From assembly GCA_963930955.1 (NCBI GenBank), contig OZ006967.1, forward strand, positions 590,398-614,397: a DNA stretch of 24,000 nucleotides, given 5' to 3'. Numbering within the stretch: the stretch's first letter is position 1; every line of letters begins with the position of its first letter. Source of the DNA: Candidatus Scatomonas sp. GTDB lineage: Bacteria; Bacillota; Clostridia; Lachnospirales; Lachnospiraceae. The notes beneath the pieces were generated by a model that worked only from the letters and a program-made list of their open reading frames with translations, had not been told where the DNA came from and searched no databases. Shown here one piece after another: positions 1-5,953 of this stretch. A program made the position numbers and the translations under genes.

Positions 1-198
1 GGGGTGTTTTGTAATATCGTACTTTCTGGACAGGAACGGCCGGACGCCGCGCAGCTTCGCCATGAGGCTTTCCGCCGTATCTCTGGTAGCCAGGTTCCTT
101 GACAGGCGCCAGGTCATGTAAATTTTATTCAGGACAGCGTTCGGGTCTGTACTCTCGATCCGGTACGCCATCCTCATTTCCGCTTCGTTCAGTTTCAT
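1..198 (-). CDS. small hypothetical protein whose 3' end runs off the window; possibly a transposon-transfer-assisting-like ICE accessory protein
   Basis: Absent from the ORF track because no stop lies in the window. Reverse-strand ATG at 196-198 has AAAGGAG 8 nt upstream. It reads MKLNEAEMRMAYRIESTDPNAVLNKIYMTWRLSRNLATRDTAESLMAKLRGVRPFLSRKYDITKHP. The family call is only a loose pattern recollection. Confidence 0.45.
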   Translation of the reverse strand, partial: MKLNEAEMRMAYRIESTDPNAVLNKIYMTWRLSRNLATRDTAESLMAKLRGVRPFLSRKYDITKHP

Positions 199-265
199 TT
201 ATTCGGCTCCTTTCTTTCGCTCCAATATGAGCGGGAAATAAATTGTTAAATTTTCGTGCTATGTA

Positions 266-294
266 TTGCTTTCTTCGTGCAATCAGAATATAAT
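266..294 (+). promoter_or_regulatory. sigma-70-type promoter candidate for the dinJ/yafQ pair
   Basis: TTGCTT (266-271), a 17-nt spacer, then TATAAT (289-294), about 30 nt upstream of the dinJ start. Confidence 0.45.
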
Positions 295-324
295 ACAACT
301 ACCAGCATGAAGGGAGATGATAGT

Positions 325-603
325 ATGGCTGGCTCTACTACGAATATCTGTATCCGTATGGACTCTGACCTTAAAGCACAGGCCGATGCGCTGTTTAACG
401 AACTGGGTATGAATATCTCTACTGCGTTCAATATCTTTGTCCGTCAGTCGCTTCGGGAGGGCAGGATACCCTTTGACATTTCTCTGAATCAGCCCAACAA
501 GGAGACGATTGCCGCCATGTTGGAATCAGAAAGGATTGCAAAAGACCCGTCCGTGAAAGGCTATACCAATCTGGATGAGCTGTTTGCCGACCTTGAAAAA
601 TGA
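325..603 (+). CDS. dinJ: type II antitoxin, RelB/DinJ family
   Basis: Lies in track ORF 256..603. I chose ATG 325 because GGGAGA sits 7 nt upstream. MAGSTTNICIRMDSDLKAQADALFNELGMNISTAFNIFVRQSLREGRIPFDISL is the typical DinJ ribbon-helix-helix N-terminus. Its stop overlaps the next start as ATGA. Confidence 0.85.
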   Translation: MAGSTTNICIRMDSDLKAQADALFNELGMNISTAFNIFVRQSLREGRIPFDISLNQPNKETIAAMLESERIAKDPSVKGYTNLDELFADLEK

Positions 604-891
604 CAGAAACGAAGTATATCGTCAAGCCTACTACGCAGTTCAAAAAGGACTACAAACTGGCAGTCAAGCGATGGCTGAAAATCGATCTGCTAAAGGATAT
701 CATCGCCGCTCTGGCTATGGGAGAGAAACTTCCTGAAAAAAAACAAGGATCATGCGCTGACCGGAAACTGGGTAGGACACCGGGAATGTCATATACTCCC
801 GGACTGGCTGCTGATCTACCGTATTGAAGATGAAGTATTGGTTCTAACCTTAGCCAGGACCGGCAGCCACAGTGATCTATTTGGAAAATAA
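600..891 (+). pseudogene. yafQ: type II toxin, YafQ/RelE family mRNA interferase, frameshifted in an A8 run
   Basis: The track ORF 600..827 reads MTETKYIVKPTTQFKKDYKLAVKR...GEKLPEKK and then nonsense. Shifting the frame after the A8 run (736-743) gives NKDHALTGNWVGHRECHILPDWLLIYRIEDEVLVLTLARTGSHSDLFGK with its stop at 889-891. That is the canonical YafQ C-terminal half. The span is 292 nt, which is not a multiple of 3. Confidence 0.8.
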
Positions 892-900
892 TTTCTGAAC

Positions 901-939
901 GCTAAGCAGCCGCAGGTTTTTCGCCTGCGGCTGCTTAGC
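901..939. terminator. perfect 16-bp stem hairpin between convergent genes; terminator-like with a weak U-tract
   Basis: gctaagcagccgcagg / tttttcg / cctgcggctgcttagc. Confidence 0.55.
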
Positions 940-952
940 TCCAATACTTATT

Positions 953-1266
953 CTATTTCTTCTGCGGCTTCTTCCTCTGTTTCTTCCGCTGGACGTGGAC
1001 CATGCGGATCGCGGACACCGTGCCGCCTTTTTCCCGCCCATCATAGACAACGATCATCCGGTCCGCTTTGTTTACCATATAGCGGTTACGCTTCATATAG
1101 ACATTGGAAGCCCATTCCTCACTGACAACTTCGACATTCGCAATAGCTGACCGGCGCCGTCCGCAATAGCTTTTTCGATTTCTCGGCGCAGGCCTTGCTT
1201 TGCCTGCTCCATATATTCAGCGGGGATTTCCCGGTGTTCGGTTACTCCGCATACTTTTTGCTCCAT
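953..1266 (-). pseudogene. DUF1273/SLOG-family gene remnant, frame-disrupted
   Basis: Reverse-strand ATG at 1264-1266 gives MEQKVCGVTEHREIPAEYMEQAKQGLRREIEKAIADGAGQ. The frame then breaks. A second frame gives AIANVEVVSEEWASNVYMKRNRYMVNKADRMIVVYDGREKGGTVSAIRMVHVQRKKQRKKPQKK with its stop at 953-955. The RNRYMV...VVYDG...GGT tail matches my recollection of DUF1273. No frame yields an ORF of 60 aa or more, so it is missing from the track. Confidence 0.5.
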
Positions 1267-1473
1267 AATGCCTGTCTCCCTTATGATTGATAGCTGAAAA
1301 CTACCGTATTTCTTATCTTAGTAGCTTGAATATAGCGCGTCAACAGAAATACCCTTTTTCATTTAGCAAATGGAACCAGCCTGTCAGGTACGATCTATTA
1401 CAGAACGGGAGGTGAATATGGTGTACGAAGATTTTGTCCCGGAAAGGCTGGCAAATATGAAAGAACTGAATAG

Positions 1474-1519
1474 TAAAAAATAGAAGTGGTCCGTCACATA
1501 TAAGGGAGGCTGGCCACTT
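1474..1519 (-). terminator. rho-independent terminator candidate downstream of the AAA ATPase gene
   Basis: The minus strand reads aagtggcc...ggaccactt (one bulge) followed by ctatttttt, just after the stop at 1532. Confidence 0.4.
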
Positions 1520-1531
1520 TCTATTATCTAT

Positions 1532-2758
1532 CTATATAAGATTACAAGGAATAAAGCAGTTTTTCTGATCAATCGGTATTACTTCTTCACACATGCAGAC
1601 AATACCGCCGCTGCCACGTTTTAAGGTTGTCTTGTCAAGCACCTCGTATTTTTTTATTTCTCTGCGATCGGGATTTGCAGATTTTTTGATTTCCAGCGGA
1701 TGAACCAATCCATTTTCTTCTACAATCACATCAATTTCCTTCGCGTTAGAATCACGGTAGTATGTCAGGTTTGCCTTATCTGCTGAGTAAGAAAAACTTT
1801 TCAAAAGCTCGATCACAACATAGTTTTCAAAATAGTGACCGTTTGCGGCGCCATTCATTAGGGTATCTCTGGTAAGCCACATGGACAGATAAGCACACAG
1901 TCCGGTATCACAGAAATACAGTTTGGGTGTTTTTGTTAATCGCTTCAGTTCATTATTGGCAAAGGGCGGCAGAAGATAGACAATACCTAATCCCTGCAAG
2001 ATCCGCAGCCATTCTTTGGCCGTAGGCTGAGAAATTTCGGCTGCCTCCGCCAAAGTTTTATAATTTACCTGCTCGGCTGTCAAGGCAGCACAGGCAATAA
2101 GAAATTTTCGGAAACGTACAGAATCGGTAATACCGCCTTCTTCCGCCACATCCCGCATCAGATATGTTTCAATATAAGAATTGAAATATTCCTGTCTCTG
2201 CTCGGCATCGGCCCGTAGCGCATCAGGCATCCCGCCGCGCCAGATATGCTCAAACACATCTACAATATCATTCTTTTTTGCCGTTTTCTGCCGTTCCAAA
2301 AGACACGGCAGAGAGAAATCCAGTTTGTTTGTAAAAACTTCTCCGTCTACTTCATTTTTGGAAAAGCTGTATAGCTCCAGAATCCCGATTCTTCCGGCCA
2401 GTGTATCGCGGATATTTTTCATCATCTTATATTGCTGGGAGCCGGTCAGCCAGAACAAACCTCTTTCTTCGGTTTCATCACACATAATTTTAATCTGTTC
2501 AAACAGCTCCGGGGCTTTCTGTATTTCATCAATGATGATTGGAGGCTTGTAAGTCTGAAAGAACAATACGGGATCTGTTTGGGCCAGGATTCTCGCCATT
2601 GTATTATCCATAGAAATGTAAGTGCGGTTTTGTCCCTCGGCCAAATGTTTCAGCATGGTAGTTTTGCCAACCTGCCGCGCACCTGTTACAAGCACCGCTT
2701 TGAAAAAGGAACTCATACGCAAAAATTTCCGTTCCAATGCACGCTCAATATATGGCAT
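1532..2758 (-). CDS. AAA-family ATPase with a DUF4143 C-terminal domain (AAA_14/DUF4143 family)
   Basis: 408-aa track ORF. Walker A is VTGARQVGKTT and Walker B-like is IIIDEIQK. The overall layout is typical of the widespread DUF4143 ATPases. Confidence 0.9.
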   Translation of the reverse strand: MPYIERALERKFLRMSSFFKAVLVTGARQVGKTTMLKHLAEGQNRTYISMDNTMARILAQTDPVLFFQTYKPPIIIDEIQKAPELFEQIKIMCDETEERGLFWLTGSQQYKMMKNIRDTLAGRIGILELYSFSKNEVDGEVFTNKLDFSLPCLLERQKTAKKNDIVDVFEHIWRGGMPDALRADAEQRQEYFNSYIETYLMRDVAEEGGITDSVRFRKFLIACAALTAEQVNYKTLAEAAEISQPTAKEWLRILQGLGIVYLLPPFANNELKRLTKTPKLYFCDTGLCAYLSMWLTRDTLMNGAANGHYFENYVVIELLKSFSYSADKANLTYYRDSNAKEIDVIVEENGLVHPLEIKKSANPDRREIKKYEVLDKTTLKRGSGGIVCMCEEVIPIDQKNCFIPCNLI

Positions 2759-2965
2759 AGCATGACCTCCTTATTTTTAGGAAAATATAAAGTCCACTTT
2801 ATTTTATCCTAAAAAACACATCCTTGTCAACTACTGCAAAGCACATTGAAACCGCGTTTTGCTCCCGGATGTAACCAATATTATATAGGATTGGCTACAT
2901 CCGTATAATAGCTACACCCTGTTTTTTAGGTTGCCCGTGCGAAAAATATTTTTCAAAGCAATATG

Positions 2966-3148
2966 TTATTTTCCCGTGCTGCCAAAAGCGCCCTTGCCGC
3001 ATTCGCCGCCCAGGTCATTCACAAAATCTGCGTTCACCACAGGCATGATGATAAGCTGCCCAATCCGGGAATCTTTTGCGTCATTGGTGTGGGAGCGGAG
3101 GTGGCGATGGTTCTCCGGCAATCCAAAATCAATGATCTTGATCTTCAC
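2966..3148 (-). pseudogene. dut: dUTPase remnant with a large internal deletion (N-terminal ~25 aa joined to C-terminal ~35 aa)
   Basis: Within track ORF 2966..3280. GGAAGGAGG lies 6 nt before GTG 3146-3148. The product is VKIKIIDFGLPENHRHLRSHTNDAKDSRIGQLIIMPVVNADFVNDLGGECGKGAFGSTGK. The start resembles dUTPase N-termini (..H.NDAG.DL). The end matches the dUTPase motif 4-5 region (RIAQ..(I/V).PVV...F..V......RG.GGFGSTG). The ~80 residues in between are missing. Confidence 0.6.
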
Positions 3149-3416
3149 TGGCGGCCTCCTTCCAATGCGGCAGGATACATAGCCGCCCTCCGGCGTTACC
3201 AGGTACATTTCCGGATGTTCGTCATAGTAAGCCTGCACTTTGTATTCCACCAGCGTGGAGAACATAGAGCCGTCCCGCATGTTGTGCCCATAGATGATCG
3301 TGTTGTTGTCGGAAAAATCCTCCGCGTTCTCTTTTTCCCCGTCCGTTTCTGCCGGGGTGACATATTCCGAAAGACCGGCATAGGTATCGGCGCTTTCCTT
3401 AAGAGATTTGGCTCGC
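3149..3416 (-). pseudogene. class B sortase internal fragment with no start codon, N-terminal anchor or catalytic Cys region
   Basis: Same reading frame as the dut remnant, open from the TAG at 3417-3419. It reads AKSLKESADTYAGLSEYVTPAETDGEKENAEDFSDNNTIIYGHNMRDGSMFSTLVEYKVQAYYDEHPEMYLVTPEG. The NTIIYGHNM.DGSMF..L..Y block is the class B sortase signature as I recall it (S. aureus SrtB has NTILYGHHVGDNTMFDVLEDY). Confidence 0.5.
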
Positions 3417-3440
3417 TAAAGGATAATATGGCTCCCCCAG

Positions 3441-4376
3441 TTACTCAGCAATTCTATAATGACCAATGATAACGTCAGTGTACAAGGGGACAATACGGTC
3501 GTTGAAGGGCTGATTTGGGCTCCTTCTGCGTTACTTTCCCTCCGCGTACATCTCTGTACGCGTCGATCAAGTGCCTTGAAGGGGCTCAAATCAGCACCTT
3601 CACGACTCAAAGACTCCAACCGCAGGGATTTCGGTGATTTTCAAGGCAGACGATAGAGGCGTACTGGACGTACGCCGATTGAGGATAACGCAGAAAATCA
3701 CCGAAATTACGCGGTTTGGAGCGTGTTGCCCCTTGTACACTGACGTTATCATCTCTGTTTTCAAGAATATCCTGCTCATATGTTTTCTGCCATGGGTCAT
3801 TATGATGTATTACATATGGTACGCCATTCCTATTCCGCCGGTCGGAAACAATTCCTATATGGTTCTGAAATATTACAATATCTCCTCCCTGCCATTCTTC
3901 TATTGCGGAAATATCTGTGGTAAGACTTATAGCAGAGTGTGAAAAATAAACCTTTAGATTTCTTACTCGCCTGAAATCAATATTTATATCCGGCTCATCT
4001 ATGTTATAATCATCGGGATTTGCTTTCATATCCTCTTGTATTAAAATCATGAGATCATAACCAGCATTATTAAATGCATTAGCCACTACATCCGTGCATA
4101 CTCCATATTCATCATCCGGATAACCTGTTTGATAATATTTGCTTTTATATTTAGGCCTGGACGCAATATAATTCAGCGCTCCCTGTAAAATATCTATCTG
4201 GTCATCTATACCATCCCTGTCCTTATCTACCGTACTGTGAATCTGCTCAATGACACCATCATATCTGTCTGGTAATCGTTCCGAGGAAGTATTCTGGTAG
4301 CGAAAAAAATATACCCGCAAATACATATAACAGCTAATAAGCATATTATAAGAAGGATCCTGATTTTTTTCTTCAC
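3441..4376 (-). pseudogene. DUF1287 domain protein with an N-terminal signal anchor, disrupted by a homopolymer frameshift and a 3' element insertion
   Basis: Track ORF 3607..4482 carries the DUF1287 core (YGVCTDVVANAFNNAGYDL...NIDFRRVRNLKVYF...GDIVIFQNHIGIVSDRRNRNGVPYVIHHN). A GTG at 4374-4376 has AGGAGG 9 nt upstream. It encodes VKKKIRILLIICLLAVICICGYIFF in another frame, and the frames meet at a T7 run (plus-strand A7, 4303-4309). At the 3' end the ORF runs into the repeat element at 3750. The native end, IGHYRIAE plus a stop at 3441-3443, lies on the far side of the element. Confidence 0.7.
3468..3750. mobile_element. 283-bp non-coding palindromic element (MITE/REPIN/BOX-like) with 22-bp perfect terminal inverted repeats
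   Basis: Left arm is gataacgtcagtgtacaagggg (3468-3489). Right arm is ccccttgtacactgacgttatc (3729-3750). The interior forms two long hairpins (3498-3606 and 3614-3721). There is no credible ORF. Short relatives lie at 16233-16272 and 20938-20993. Confidence 0.7.
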
Positions 4377-4445
4377 TTTTATTTTCCTCCTGCCTCCTGT
4401 ACGCGCAGTCTCCAGCCCCAGCTAAAGCCATCAAAAAAGCAGTAT

Positions 4446-4847
4446 TTAATCTTTCTTCGAAAACTGGGCAAGAGCCAGACAAGTCAGCCCTATTCCCAGC
4501 ATACGAATCGCTTCATTGGTTTCGATCTCATTTATAAAAGATAAAACCACAACCGCGACACCCATTGCCAGCCCAATGCCTTTCAAAGCAATGCCGGCGA
4601 CTTCCGAAACCTTTTTCCCTTCTGCTTGTTCTTTTGTATCGGTTTTTACCTGCATAAGCGCATCAACCGACAGATTAAAAATTTCTGCAAGTTTTGGAAT
4701 TGTATTTACGTCCGGAAAAGATAAATCCCGTTCCCATTTAGATACCGCTTTATCTGTGACGCCCATTTTTTCGGCAAGTTCCAGCTGTGTCATTCCCTGC
4801 TCCTTACGCAGCATCGCAATCATGGTTCCAAAAGTTTGTTTTTTCAT
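4446..4847 (-). CDS. XRE-family helix-turn-helix regulator with C-terminal transmembrane segments
   Basis: Lies in track ORF 4446..4883. I chose ATG 4845-4847 because AAAGGAG sits ~10 nt upstream. MKKQTFGTMIAMLRKEQGMTQLELAEKMGVTDKAVSKWERDLSFPDVNTIPKLAEIFNLSVDALM is a classic HTH_3 domain. A hydrophobic tail follows (GIALKGIGLAMGVAVVVLSF...). Confidence 0.85.
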   Translation of the reverse strand: MKKQTFGTMIAMLRKEQGMTQLELAEKMGVTDKAVSKWERDLSFPDVNTIPKLAEIFNLSVDALMQVKTDTKEQAEGKKVSEVAGIALKGIGLAMGVAVVVLSFINEIETNEAIRMLGIGLTCLALAQFSKKD

Positions 4848-5032
4848 TTTGTTTTCGCTCCTTTGATTTGATGCCTGCATCATACCATTTCCTCCATTCT
4901 ATACTCAACCGACTGCCGGTTTAGTTGGGTCGACCGGCAGTTTATTTATGGTTTCGTCTGTATTTTCCTGATTTCCAGCAGTTTTCATTATACTATATCC
5001 GCCTGGATCAGTATAGAATCTCCTCTCTTTTC

Positions 5033-5839
5033 TTAATTCTGCCGGCGGAATTCCGCCGGGGTAAGCCCGGTGATCCGGCGGAATGTGGCGATAAAGTGAC
5101 TGGCATCGTTGAAGCCGGTACGGTGGGCAATGGCCTGGATCTCTGTCCGGGGTTCCGTGATCAGCAGTTCCTTGGCCTTTCCGATGCGGAAGGAGATCAG
5201 GTACTCCAGAGTAGAGCAGTTGAGATACCGGCGGAAGAGCCGGGACAGGTACTGGGGAGTGATGAACACCCGGCTGCTTAATCCGGCCGCTGTGAGGGGC
5301 AGAGCATAGTTCCTTTCGATTTCTTTTATCACAGGAGCTACATAACTCCGGTACAGAGGCTCGTCCGCAGGGGAATGGGCATGGATCCGGTCCGCGAAAT
5401 GGAGCAGCAGGCGGTAGCAGCTTACGGAGATGTTTTTTTCCTTTTCCGGGCTGGAGGCGCAGAGCTCCGCGCAGCAATCGAGCAGCGCTCCGATCTCCCG
5501 GCCCTGTTCCTTTTCGATCCGCACAAAGGGCCTGCTGCCGATGATCCCGGAGATGCTGCTCTCCAGAATACCGGTAAAAGAGGCAAATTTAGTGATCCAC
5601 ACAGAGCTCTCCCGGACATAGGAATGCCGGACAAAAGGAGCCAGCAGCAGGCCTTCTTCCTCCCGGAGCACAAAAGATCCCTCCGGGGTTTCGATCCGCC
5701 CGCAGCCTTTTTCGGTCTGCAGATAATGGTAGTAGGGATAGCCCTTCGGCCGGAAAACCCGGGGCTGTTCCCAGGCGGTTCCAATAGATTCAAAGGTGAA
5801 GGGTTCATTTACAGGCGTACTGCGGAAAATTACCGGCAT
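5033..5839 (-). CDS. AraC-family transcriptional regulator (cupin-like N-terminus plus HTH_18), divergent from lacZ
   Basis: 268-aa track ORF. The C-terminus LSSRVFITPQYLSRLFRRYLNCSTLEYLISFRIGKAKELL...IAHRTGFNDASHFIATFRRITGLTPAEFRR is the AraC double-HTH signature. Confidence 0.9.
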   Translation of the reverse strand: MPVIFRSTPVNEPFTFESIGTAWEQPRVFRPKGYPYYHYLQTEKGCGRIETPEGSFVLREEEGLLLAPFVRHSYVRESSVWITKFASFTGILESSISGIIGSRPFVRIEKEQGREIGALLDCCAELCASSPEKEKNISVSCYRLLLHFADRIHAHSPADEPLYRSYVAPVIKEIERNYALPLTAAGLSSRVFITPQYLSRLFRRYLNCSTLEYLISFRIGKAKELLITEPRTEIQAIAHRTGFNDASHFIATFRRITGLTPAEFRRQN

Positions 5840-5953
5840 GGCAGCGCCCTCCTGTTTCGAAATTTTATATTTATTAGTTTAACATATCATACATATGGCT
5901 GTCTATTTCTTTTATAATAGCGGCAGCTACAGATCAGAAGGAGGATAGGATTG

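Noticed and set aside
1418-1483. A 21-codon ORF (MVYEDFVPERLANMKELNSKK) with a good GGGAGGTG RBS.
   Set aside because: It may be the stump of an XRE-type regulator or a real micro-protein. It is too short to support either way from sequence alone.
2867-2902. A 13-bp-stem hairpin, ggatgtaaccaat..attggctacatcc, between the dut remnant and the AAA ATPase gene.
   Set aside because: It has no U-tract on either strand, occurs once, and sits in a decayed region. It is not interpretable.
3416-3656. 65-67-aa ORFs inside the 283-bp element (3416..3619 minus, 3459..3656 plus).
   Set aside because: They have no RBS. They lie across palindromic arms, so both strands are open by symmetry. Their peptides are simply translated hairpin sequence.
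4912-4941. A perfect 9-bp stem, actgccggt/accggcagt, followed on the plus strand by ttatttat. It looks like a plus-strand terminator.
   Set aside because: No plus-strand gene ends upstream of it. On the minus strand it lacks a U-tract. Its function is undetermined. It may be part of the XRE 5' UTR or a relic at the compositional boundary.
4896-5019. A 10-bp inverted pair, attctatact (4896-4905) and agtatagaat (5010-5019), bracketing the putative XRE-gene promoter (minus-strand TATAAT near 4987-4992). Possible operator half-sites.
   Set aside because: A single 10-bp match over a 104-bp separation in AT-rich intergenic DNA could be chance. No third copy or protein-binding evidence is available.
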